Virus record (IMG/VR): IMGVR_UViG_3300042448_001903 | Coordinates: 64,001-81,809 of that record | From: a virus | Taxonomy: Duplodnaviria; Heunggongvirae; Uroviricota; Caudoviricetes; Crassvirales | Length of the DNA: 17,809 bases | Strand: one strand, 5' to 3' | Shown: positions 6,751 to 14,311 of the stretch, piece by piece | Layout of the letters: each line of letters begins with the position of its first letter | Position numbering within the stretch: position 1 is the stretch's first letter | Program-made: the position numbers and the translations under genes | The notes under the pieces: generated by a model | What the model was told of the DNA's origin: nothing | Databases searched by the model: none | Seen by the model: the letters and a program-made list of their open reading frames with translations, nothing else

Positions 6751-6963
6751 ATGATATTTGAACCCAAAAACAGAGTGGAAGTGTCCACCTCTAAAGGTGA
6801 TGGTGTCATTTGGATTATTACAGACTATGGTCATGAAACAGACACTATATACACTGTAATTATAAACTCTACAGGAGAACTTTGGCAATTTACACACCGT
6901 GATATTATAGTGAAACAGAATATAACATTTAAAAGAGATGGCTACAATAAAAAAACTTCTTAA
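6751..6963 (+). CDS. hypothetical small beta-rich protein
   Basis: 70 aa, abuts the previous stop; G.G.IWIITDYGHETDTIYTV...TGELW pattern; not Lys-dominated. Confidence 0.65.
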   Translation: MIFEPKNRVEVSTSKGDGVIWIITDYGHETDTIYTVIINSTGELWQFTHRDIIVKQNITFKRDGYNKKTS

Positions 6964-7309
6964 AGATGCTCCTAGGATGAGAGGTGTCACCCCTGTTCCT
7001 AATGGGCCTCTTGTTAAAAAGAAAGGAGAATTTAAAGGCTCTACACTTAAAAATGGTGGTAAAACACCAGCCTGGCAAAGAAAAGAAGGTAAATCTGAAT
7101 CTGGAGGATTAAATGCTAAAGGTAGAGCTTCTTATAATAGAGCTAATCCAGGAAAACCAGGATTAAAAGCTCCACAACCTGAAGGTGGTCCTAGAAAAAA
7201 ATCATTCTGTTCAAGAATGTCAGGGATGAAAAAGAAATTAACATCTGCTAAAACAGCTAATGATCCTAATAGTAGGATTAATAAGTCACTTCGTAAATGG
7301 AAATGTTAA
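6938..7309 (+). CDS. Lys-rich basic protein 2
   Basis: MATIKK start, LKNGGK at residues 37-42, then TPAWQRKEGKSESGGLNAKGRASY...SFCSRM...SLRKWKC. Confidence 0.75.
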   Translation: MATIKKLLKDAPRMRGVTPVPNGPLVKKKGEFKGSTLKNGGKTPAWQRKEGKSESGGLNAKGRASYNRANPGKPGLKAPQPEGGPRKKSFCSRMSGMKKKLTSAKTANDPNSRINKSLRKWKC

Positions 7310-7310
7310 C

Positions 7311-7763
7311 ATGCCAACAATAAAAAAAATTAAGAAAGCTCAAGAAGGTAAAGAAATAATTAAAGGTTCTAGACCAGGACTTGGTGTATTTAAAACAGAA
7401 AAAGAAAGAACAACTGTTGGAGGTATTACAAAGCCTTACAAATATACAAGAACTTCTGTTGATACTACAGGGTACTCAAAAGGTAAACCTAGTTACACAG
7501 TGAAAACGCAAACAGGCGAAGGAGATAAAATATCTGGAAACATAGTAAAAAGTGAATCCTCTAAAAAGATATTAAAAAAAGAAGTTCCTTCAACTTTAGA
7601 ATCTTTGAAAATGAAGAAAGGTGGAATGATCAAACGTGCTGACGGCTCATATTCTAAAAGAGGATTATGGGACAATATTAGAGCTGCTAAAGGATCTGGT
7701 AAAAAACCTACAGCGGCAATGCTGAAACAAGAGAAAAAAATTAAAAGCCAAAAAGGGAAGTAA
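7311..7763 (+). CDS. Lys-rich basic protein 3 (start corrected from 7260)
   Basis: ATG at 7311, 1 nt after the previous stop, gives MPTIKKIKKAQEG like its paralogues; MKKGG at residues 101-105; 150 aa. Confidence 0.75.
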   Translation: MPTIKKIKKAQEGKEIIKGSRPGLGVFKTEKERTTVGGITKPYKYTRTSVDTTGYSKGKPSYTVKTQTGEGDKISGNIVKSESSKKILKKEVPSTLESLKMKKGGMIKRADGSYSKRGLWDNIRAAKGSGKKPTAAMLKQEKKIKSQKGK

Positions 7764-7801
7764 AACCCTGCCAAATTCGGTAATTCTTAAATAAAATAAC
7801 T

Positions 7802-8146
7802 ATGGCAACTATTAAAAAAAGCACAGTAAAAACTCTTAAAAAAGCCCAATGGGGATCTACCACTAGTGGAAAATGTGCTGTCACTAGAAGTAGAGATAGA
7901 GATGAAAGAGAAAATGAGCGTTTAATGCGGAAAGATGAAAGGATAGGAAACAGAGAAATTAGACGTGCTGAAAGAGAGGTGAAAAGAGATGAACGTAGAG
8001 AAGCTAGAGAGGCTAAAAAAGAAGCTAAATACGATAGACAAAATAACCTTCCAGAACAAAAAAATGGTGGTAAAATAGTTAAGAAAAAATTAGCTGTTAA
8101 GTCTTCTTCTAAAAAAATTGTTAAATCTATAAAAAAGAAAAAATAA
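7802..8146 (+). CDS. Lys-rich basic protein 4 with an E/R-rich charged helix
   Basis: MATIKK...KKAQWG; RDRDERENER...ERREAREAKKE; QKNGGK at residues 86-91. Confidence 0.75.
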   Translation: MATIKKSTVKTLKKAQWGSTTSGKCAVTRSRDRDERENERLMRKDERIGNREIRRAEREVKRDERREAREAKKEAKYDRQNNLPEQKNGGKIVKKKLAVKSSSKKIVKSIKKKK

Positions 8147-8718
8147 TGGCAACTGTAAAAAAAATTAAAAAAGCTCAAGCTGGTAAATCTGTTAAACCTA
8201 CGGCTGATAGTTCAGCTTATTATAAAAAGGAGATGATGGATAATTATGAAGCAGCTGCAAGGAATATGAGCTCTCCTAAGTACTCTGAAAGTGCTTTTAA
8301 AAGGGCTAAACAATCTAGCTCAGACTTAGATAGACAGTCTAAAAAAGGAAAACCTGGTTATGATGCTAATGGATTTCCTTTAAAAAAGCAAAAAATGGGT
8401 GGTAAAACTGTTAAAGCTAAAAAAGGTGGTTCATTCCCTGATCTTAACAAAGACGGTAAAATAACTAAAGCTGATATTCTTAAAGGTAGAGGTGTTATTG
8501 CTAAAAAAGGAATGAAAGTAGAGAAAGCTCAAGTTGGTACAACTATTAAGCAATCAAATGCTAACACGCTGAAAGAAATTGCAGCAAGAGAAAAGAGAAT
8601 TGCAACAAGAGATAGTATAAATCAAGCAAAGTCTTACACTAACAAAAGAGCTAATAAAGTTATTGGTAAAAATAAAATGGGAGGAAAGGTTAAAAAATGT
8701 GCATATGGTTGCAAGTAA
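8146..8718 (+). CDS. Lys-rich basic protein 5 with an EF-hand-like loop
   Basis: MATVKKIKKAQAG; QKMGG, AKKGG and NKMGG motifs; DLNKDGKITKAD at residues 99-110. Confidence 0.75.
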   Translation: MATVKKIKKAQAGKSVKPTADSSAYYKKEMMDNYEAAARNMSSPKYSESAFKRAKQSSSDLDRQSKKGKPGYDANGFPLKKQKMGGKTVKAKKGGSFPDLNKDGKITKADILKGRGVIAKKGMKVEKAQVGTTIKQSNANTLKEIAAREKRIATRDSINQAKSYTNKRANKVIGKNKMGGKVKKCAYGCK

Positions 8719-8722
8719 AAAC

Positions 8723-8878
8723 ATGACTGCTGGTAAAGCTAAAAAATCTGGTAAACCCAGAAAAGCTCCTAAAGTGAAAAACTCTAGGCCTGATGCTAAT
8801 TTTATGAGGGAAGCAGATACTAAGTTGCGACTTAAGAGCCCGATGCTTCCTATGAAGCAAAAACGTCTTTCAAAATAA
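8723..8878 (+). CDS. 51-aa basic micro-protein (start probably 8723 rather than 8663)
   Basis: ATG 4 nt after the previous stop: MTAGKAKKSGKPRKAPKVKNSRPDANFMREADTKLRLKSPMLPMKQKRLSK; ends just before the terminator. Confidence 0.6.
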   Translation: MTAGKAKKSGKPRKAPKVKNSRPDANFMREADTKLRLKSPMLPMKQKRLSK

Positions 8879-8880
8879 AG

Positions 8881-8912
8881 AAAAAAGCCTTTCGTAATTG
8901 AAAGGCTTTTTT
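8881..8912. terminator. bidirectional intrinsic terminator between the convergent gene blocks
   Basis: AAAAAAGCCTTTC-gtaatt-GAAAGGCTTTTTT, a perfect 13-bp inverted repeat with T6 on each strand, between stops at 8878 (+) and 8916 (-). Confidence 0.92.
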
Positions 8913-8915
8913 ATT

Positions 8916-9593
8916 TTATGATATTAACTGTTTGTAATAGTCTTCTTTAAAATGAGGGTTTAGTATTATCTCTCCCCTCTCTTTGGTTCTTATTAACTTA
9001 TCAGTGTTATTAAGAATTGTGTCAGAAGATTGTTTTCCCCATCCAGAAATATGATAAGTGTTCATTCCCCATCTATAAATCATAGTGGGGAATTTTAATG
9101 TAAATATTTTAGCATTATGATGGAAAGTTATATCAACATCCTCATCACCACTTTTATCTGGAAATTTTATTCCATCTAAATATTTCTTAGAGTAGACATT
9201 ACCATTATTTATGTTATCAGATAACTTTTCAAACTTATTGTTTACAAAAAAATAGTGGCTATCACTTCTGTAAATATCATAATCAGCATCAATATTAACT
9301 CCATTTTTTACAATACCTAGAGAATTGGGCCCTAAAAGATCATCATCATCTAACCTATAAATATAATTATTTTGACATTGTTTATATCCCCATTCCAGTT
9401 TTTTAGAAATAGAAGGAAATCTAAATTCCGTATTTATTATTTTTACATTAGGATGGTCGTATATATATTTTACATCAGGACTGTCATTAATTACAACCAT
9501 TTCATCTCCTTCTTGAAAATTCCGAAGAAAAGACTGTATAGCTTCCTCAAGTAGATGGTGCCTTTGGTATGTTATGGTTAGAACAGAGATCAT
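8916..9593 (-). CDS. glycosyltransferase family 2
   Basis: MISVLTITYQR..LLEEAIQS; VVINDS; YIYRLDDDD (DxD); GDED. Typical GT2 signature. Confidence 0.85.
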   Translation of the reverse strand: MISVLTITYQRHHLLEEAIQSFLRNFQEGDEMVVINDSPDVKYIYDHPNVKIINTEFRFPSISKKLEWGYKQCQNNYIYRLDDDDLLGPNSLGIVKNGVNIDADYDIYRSDSHYFFVNNKFEKLSDNINNGNVYSKKYLDGIKFPDKSGDEDVDITFHHNAKIFTLKFPTMIYRWGMNTYHISGWGKQSSDTILNNTDKLIRTKERGEIILNPHFKEDYYKQLIS

Positions 9594-9994
9594 TAGATGG
9601 TTGTTTGGTTATAAAATTTAACAGCATCAGCAGGCTCCAAGTATATCTCACTTTGGAAAGTGTTGCGCTCTCTTTTATAACCTCTCATTTTGTTTGTCTT
9701 TGGATCAACATCAGGTACTTGTTGAGCTCTCTCATGGAGATCATCAAGTAGCACTAACATTCTCCCATCTTCCATAGTGATGGTTCTCACCACTTTTTCA
9801 ATATTAAAACTATCTCTAAATTCTTTGAATTCAGGATTTTCTGGTGTTCCAGATACAAGCTCTTTACGGGTGTAAAAGAATTGATTTTTCATATTTGTTT
9901 TTGGTTTATAAGGACAATTGAGGCAACCATTGCCACAACAATATCCTCTGTTTAATAAAAATTCTCTGCTTAATGGTTTATTTGCCATATTCAA
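9593..9994 (-). CDS. hypothetical protein with an N-terminal Cys-rich motif (RGYCCGNGCLNCPY, DUF5522-like)
   Basis: CC-x3-C-x2-C-P-Y motif at residues 19-29; possible internal start at 9892. Confidence 0.6.
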   Translation of the reverse strand: MNMANKPLSREFLLNRGYCCGNGCLNCPYKPKTNMKNQFFYTRKELVSGTPENPEFKEFRDSFNIEKVVRTITMEDGRMLVLLDDLHERAQQVPDVDPKTNKMRGYKRERNTFQSEIYLEPADAVKFYNQTTI

Positions 9995-10631
9995 AATCTA
10001 AAATCTTTCCTACAAGATCACTTCTATGATTTTCTTTTAGTTTAATATATTGTATTCCTTCTATTTTTTTAGAAAGTTCAATAACGTAAGAAAGACCATT
10101 CATACTCCCATCTCTAATATCTGTTTGCTCAAGATCCCCATTAATAACAATCTTTCCTGTCTTACCTATTCTTGTTAAAATAGCTAACATTTGAGCTTTA
10201 GTAAGGTTTTGCGCTTCTTCGACAATTAATATATCATCAATAGTTTTACCACGGATAAATTGTATAGGATAGGCTAATATTTTGTTTTCTGATATTAGTG
10301 TTTCTATCTTTTGGCTATTATAACATTTATTAAGATTTTCAATAAACGCTTCTAAATAAGGGTTAAATTTTTCTGAAAGTCCTCCAGGAAGAAATCCTAA
10401 TGAATTACCCACTTCTATAGTGGCCCTAGTAACTAACACCTTCTCACATTGCTTTTTAAAAAGAAAGTCTAAAGCCACTTGTGCGCATACTAAGGACTTT
10501 CCACAACCAGCTCTTCCAGTAATAACTACTATTTGATTTTCCCTGATAAGTCTTTTAGCTTCTTTTTGTTCTTCATTAAGTTGTATTTCATACTTAATTT
10601 CATTCTTGCGTTCTCTGTTAGGCTCCTTCAT
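9978..10631 (-). CDS. phoH: PhoH-family ATPase
   Basis: GRAGCGKS Walker A, LGFLPG, FIRGKT, VEEAQN, LTRIG, NGDLEQTD, HRS. Confidence 0.93.
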   Translation of the reverse strand: MKEPNRERKNEIKYEIQLNEEQKEAKRLIRENQIVVITGRAGCGKSLVCAQVALDFLFKKQCEKVLVTRATIEVGNSLGFLPGGLSEKFNPYLEAFIENLNKCYNSQKIETLISENKILAYPIQFIRGKTIDDILIVEEAQNLTKAQMLAILTRIGKTGKIVINGDLEQTDIRDGSMNGLSYVIELSKKIEGIQYIKLKENHRSDLVGKILDFEYGK

Positions 10632-11028
10632 ATTTGGCTTTTAAAGTGTTTCTTCTTTCGTTAATTTCGTGAAATCTAAATATATCCATCTCCACTTGAT
10701 CATGTTCTTGCCAAGTGAGAAGTATTATATTATCTTCATCAAATTTAGCTTCTGGATGCTTTCCTTTTGGTAGTATGTGGTGAAAATATATACTTAAAGG
10801 TTCTGGCCCAATATAGTCTCCACTAATTTCTGACTTATGGGGTTTTTTATCCCAAATACTTTTGAAAAAAGTACGCATTTTTTCATATTCCTCGTCTTTT
10901 GTACTACTCATTTTTCCTTTATTTAAACTTCTAGTTACTAATAACTTTTTTCTTGGTTTGTGGTTTATACAGAGTTTGTCGCTCCACACTGGATTATTAC
11001 AACCAGGCATTTTACAATTTGATCTCAT
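10618..11028 (-). CDS. HNH-type nuclease (NinG/HNH-like) with an N-terminal C-x4-C...C-x2-H segment
   Basis: FHHILPKGKHPE...DNIILLTWQEH beta-beta-alpha-metal pattern; N-terminal CKMPGC...LCINH. Confidence 0.65.
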   Translation of the reverse strand: MRSNCKMPGCNNPVWSDKLCINHKPRKKLLVTRSLNKGKMSSTKDEEYEKMRTFFKSIWDKKPHKSEISGDYIGPEPLSIYFHHILPKGKHPEAKFDEDNIILLTWQEHDQVEMDIFRFHEINERRNTLKAKYEGA

Positions 11029-11399
11029 TATGGTTTTATTTGTGAAAAATTATATACACAAGACCTGTCTCTGTTTATTAGTTTAGAAGCTTTAGAAACA
11101 GAATACCTTTCTTTAACAACTATAGTACAAAATTCTACTAAAGCTTTTCTTTCTTTACATCTATTCACTTTATGAACTTTATAGCTTCTATTTCTAATTA
11201 CATCTAAATCAGCATTGTGTTTATTTATACAATGTTCAAAAATATCTTCTAAAGATTCTTCAGGAATTTCAATCACCTCTATTTTAGAATTTTTATCTAT
11301 ACCATTCATTAATTGCCAATCAATTTCTAATTTTCTTTTAAAAGTTTTATAGAAGTCTCTTTGGTACTCTTTCACTTTTGATAATTCTACTGCTGTCAT
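11028..11399 (-). CDS. HTH DNA-binding protein, C-terminus resembling DnaA domain IV / TrpR-like fold
   Basis: R..LVEFC....RYSVSKASKLINRDRSCVYN recalls the S...IG..F.RDHSTV signature of DnaA domain IV. Confidence 0.45.
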   Translation of the reverse strand: MTAVELSKVKEYQRDFYKTFKRKLEIDWQLMNGIDKNSKIEVIEIPEESLEDIFEHCINKHNADLDVIRNRSYKVHKVNRCKERKALVEFCTIVVKERYSVSKASKLINRDRSCVYNFSQIKP

Positions 11400-11402
11400 A
11401 TA

Positions 11403-11621
11403 TCACTTTACTTTTTTATAATATAAATATCCCACTCTTATATTATACATATCTATAAAAAAATTGATATTATTTTTGTAAACAACATCTTTATTCTTTT
11501 TGTATTCCTTTTTAAGACGATCTATTTCTTTTCTAAGGTCAGCAAGATTTGTATATTGTTTCTTAAATATATCCAATTCTTCGTCTTTAATAGAAGTGAT
11601 AATACTAGTACTCAGACTCAT
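11403..11621 (-). CDS. hypothetical protein
   Basis: 72-aa ORF in the compact minus-strand operon; helical and charged. Confidence 0.6.
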   Translation of the reverse strand: MSLSTSIITSIKDEELDIFKKQYTNLADLRKEIDRLKKEYKKNKDVVYKNNINFFIDMYNIRVGYLYYKKVK

Positions 11622-11781
11622 TTCTCTTCAGTTTTTTATCTATCAAATGTACTATAAAATTAGATGGTATAGAAATATTATAATTTATTTTCCATCCTAT
11701 TACAAGTTCTTCTAGATCTGCTGTCAACACTCCTATCCAATTAGTAAAAATGTTTCCTGAATTGTTTTGATATTTATACAT
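11605..11781 (-). CDS. 58-aa hypothetical protein (not in the ORF track)
   Basis: MYKYQNNSGNIFTNWIGVLTADLEELVIGWKINYNISIPSNFIVHLIDKKLKRNESEY*; fills the gap between the hairpin after dut and the 72-aa ORF; A-rich leader. Confidence 0.55.
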   Translation of the reverse strand: MYKYQNNSGNIFTNWIGVLTADLEELVIGWKINYNISIPSNFIVHLIDKKLKRNESEY

Positions 11782-11794
11782 ATTTTAAAATTTA

Positions 11795-11820
11795 AAGGAG
11801 GGAAAATAAATTCCCTCCTT
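11795..11820 (-). terminator. hairpin downstream of dut, probable intrinsic terminator
   Basis: AAGGAGGGAA-aataaa-TTCCCTCCTT, a perfect 10-bp stem 10 nt after the dut stop; the U-tract on the minus strand is weak. Confidence 0.65.
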
Positions 11821-11830
11821 ATTATTTGTA

Positions 11831-12274
11831 TTAGTTACCAGTGCTACCAAATCCACTATCGTTTCTACTTGTTTCTGAAAGTTGTTCCACTTCTACAAAT
11901 TTAACATAAGGATGTGGGATCACCATTAGTTGTCCCACTCTCTCGCCAGGAGAATAGATATTACGTACACCACTTGCTAGAACACCATTCCCCACTAGTT
12001 TAAATCTAAACTCTAATTCTCCTCTATATCCAGAATCTATCACTCCTACAGAATTACATAATAATAATTCTTTTTTACTTATGCTGCTTCTTGGGAATAA
12101 AAGTCCTACAAATCCCTCTGGAATTTCAATAGCAATTCCTGTTTTGTATGATACATATTGATTATCATAATTCACTTCTGTTGCTGTAATATCCATTGCA
12201 GCATCCCCTTCTTTTGCATAAGAAGGAATTATTGCATTTTTATGCAATTTTTTAATCTTCACTTGTAGACTCAT
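11831..12274 (-). CDS. dut: trimeric dUTPase
   Basis: All five motifs are present: AAMDI, PRSS, GVIDSGYRGE, GQL, R..SGFGSTG. Confidence 0.96.
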   Translation of the reverse strand: MSLQVKIKKLHKNAIIPSYAKEGDAAMDITATEVNYDNQYVSYKTGIAIEIPEGFVGLLFPRSSISKKELLLCNSVGVIDSGYRGELEFRFKLVGNGVLASGVRNIYSPGERVGQLMVIPHPYVKFVEVEQLSETSRNDSGFGSTGN

Positions 12275-14108
12275 CTGTTTCTGTTTTAATTTCTGTGTTA
12301 TTAATTTTGTTAATAATTTGACTTTTTAGACTATTATAAAACTCTTCATTGTCTAACAACATTGCTTTAAATTCTTCAACATCATATTTTGTCTCTCCAA
12401 AGGTGATAGTCTTACCCCATTTCTTAATAATCTCAAAATCTGAGGCAAGTTCCATTATCTCTTTAAGCTTATCAATTCCCACACCATAGACTATCTCAAA
12501 TTGAGAAAGTCTATAAGGAGGAGACATTTTATTTTTTATAGCTTTTATTTTAGTTATATTACCATAATTAACATCTCCGTCTTTTGCAAGACTCTTACTC
12601 ACTTCTATTCTACAATCAGAATAAAATTTTAAAGCATGTCCTCCTTGTGTAGTGGTAGGATTACCAAACATAACACCTATTTTTTCTCTATACTGGGAAA
12701 CAACAATAACACAAACATTATGCTCAGAAAGAGCTGTTTTAAGTTTTGGATAGGCATTACTATTTAGTAAAGCTTTTTTACCAATAGAGCTATCTCCTAC
12801 ATCACCATCTAACACTTTTTTAGGAATTAGTGAGCTATCAGAGTCAATAATAACAAGATCAATTGTTCCTGAATTAATCATTTCCATAGCAATATTAAAT
12901 CCTTCTTCTCCGCATGATGGTTGAGCAATTAACATTTTTGTTGTATCTACACCAATTGCCTGGAAATATTTTTTATCAACAGCGTGTTCACCATCAATAT
13001 ATAAAGCCACTCCTCCTGCTTTCTGGCATTCAGCAACAACATGTCCACAGATTGTTGATTTACCTGAATTATGTACTACAATACCCTCAGCAATAAAATT
13101 ATTATAAGGAAAATAACATTTAATATCATATGTTTCCATGTTTCCTACAGATTTGATACTAACTATTTCATCTTCTACAACAACAAATCTTAAATTATTA
13201 TGATTATTTAAAGCATGTAATTTAGCATGTTCACTATTTTGTATTAATTGTAGATTAGAAATATCATTGTTTTTAGTATTTTCATCTATATGATGAATAT
13301 CAAATTCTTCAGGTATAGTCCAAAAATTATTAGGCAAACTAGTTATCCCACTATTTAACATTTCTTTATATTTATCATAAGTCATGTTATTCATATTAGC
13401 TTCAAAAACTAATCTATGGATTTTTTCTCTAAAATAATCAAACCCATTAATTTTGCGTGGGTTTCCTTTGTAATACCATTTCATTGTAGTTTCTTCATAT
13501 TTTGAACGTGTTCTTTTTTTAGAACATTTCCAAGAAGTATTATTGTGTACAAACACTATGTCTCCAACTTTTAATTTTTCAAGTGGAATATAACTCTCTC
13601 CAGAATAAAATTTATGATCTTTTGTAGCTTTAATTTTAAATCCTTTTTTAGTGATAACTTCAAAACACTCTTTTACTCCTGATTTTACTACATCAGCTAT
13701 TTGATTTCTAAACACTCTATCATGTTCATTGATAGAAGTTACATTAAATATTGTATTTTTTGTTTCTTCAGATCTATTATGAAATCTTTCATAAAGATTT
13801 TTAATTGTGCCACCTTTACAATCTTGTACAATTCCATCAGGTCTAACATTAATAAATTTAATATAAGTGTCTTCTGCTAGGCAACCTTCCCAGCCCATCA
13901 ATTCATATAGTTTACCCTTAACAAATCCTCCTACACCTAATGTAACATTATCAAATCCAATACTTCCTGTACTTATAACATCATAACTTTCTGTATTGTT
14001 ATTGTCTAATGTAAGCACTGTTCCAACACCATATGTCTTATTTAATTTGTCTAATGCTTCTTGAAATTTTCCTTTGTTTTCTGAAGCTGTTTCCTTTGAT
14101 TTTGCCAT
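12252..14108 (-). CDS. recA: RecA recombinase precursor containing a 272-aa intein (spliced length 346 aa)
   Basis: STGSIGFD, ELMGWEG|SGKST Walker A after splicing, IDGEHA, QPSCGEEG, REKIGVMFGNPTTTQGGHALKFY. Confidence 0.95.
   Translation of the reverse strand: MAKSKETASENKGKFQEALDKLNKTYGVGTVLTLDNNNTESYDVISTGSIGFDNVTLGVGGFVKGKLYELMGWEGCLAEDTYIKFINVRPDGIVQDCKGGTIKNLYERFHNRSEETKNTIFNVTSINEHDRVFRNQIADVVKSGVKECFEVITKKGFKIKATKDHKFYSGESYIPLEKLKVGDIVFVHNNTSWKCSKKRTRSKYEETTMKWYYKGNPRKINGFDYFREKIHRLVFEANMNNMTYDKYKEMLNSGITSLPNNFWTIPEEFDIHHIDENTKNNDISNLQLIQNSEHAKLHALNNHNNLRFVVVEDEIVSIKSVGNMETYDIKCYFPYNNFIAEGIVVHNSGKSTICGHVVAECQKAGGVALYIDGEHAVDKKYFQAIGVDTTKMLIAQPSCGEEGFNIAMEMINSGTIDLVIIDSDSSLIPKKVLDGDVGDSSIGKKALLNSNAYPKLKTALSEHNVCVIVVSQYREKIGVMFGNPTTTQGGHALKFYSDCRIEVSKSLAKDGDVNYGNITKIKAIKNKMSPPYRLSQFEIVYGVGIDKLKEIMELASDFEIIKKWGKTITFGETKYDVEEFKAMLLDNEEFYNSLKSQIINKINNTEIKTETDESTSED
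13068..13883 (-). mobile_element. intein with an internal HNH homing endonuclease, inserted in the RecA P-loop
   Basis: Starts CLAEDT (Cys76), block B TKDH, ends TYDI...NNFIAEGIVVHN, followed by Ser+1. Internal HRLVF...DIHHIDENTKNNDISNLQL...EHAKLH (about 13215-13301). Confidence 0.93.
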
Positions 14109-14129
14109 ATTTTTATTTTATTCTTTAAA

Positions 14130-14137
14130 CAAATGTA
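14130..14137 (-). promoter_or_regulatory. Bacteroidota -7 element upstream of recA
   Basis: TACATTTG on the minus strand, 21 nt before the recA ATG. The nearest upstream TTG is 22 nt away, longer than consensus. Confidence 0.5.
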
Positions 14138-14171
14138 CAAAAAAATCCTTAATAATCCCCAACGATTCCAC

Positions 14172-14212
14172 AAAAAAATAGCCCCTTATATGTAGAAACA
14201 TTAGGGGCTTTT
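14172..14212 (-). terminator. intrinsic terminator downstream of nrdJ
   Basis: Minus strand AGCCCCT...AGGGGCT stem (with a partial inner ATGT/ACAT stem) followed by A-T7. Confidence 0.75.
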
Positions 14213-14311
14213 CATTATTAATCGGAAATCAAAGGAAATATTATTTATTATTTTTAATCATATTGTAAAACGAAGATACAATATTTTGTACTAAATTATC
14301 GTGTTTCATTA

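Noticed and set aside
6400-8718. Double-glycine bacteriocin/RiPP precursors
   Set aside because: The GG motifs are internal, repeated and flanked by Lys. The leaders lack the acidic ELSxxEL pattern, and no C39/ABC exporter or modifying enzyme lies in the window.
14213-14311. Possible small RNA from a TATCTTCG (-7 variant, 14278-14271) to the terminator at 14172-14212
   Set aside because: The element mismatches the consensus, has no -33 TTG at the right spacing, and the region is explained as the nrdJ 3' UTR.
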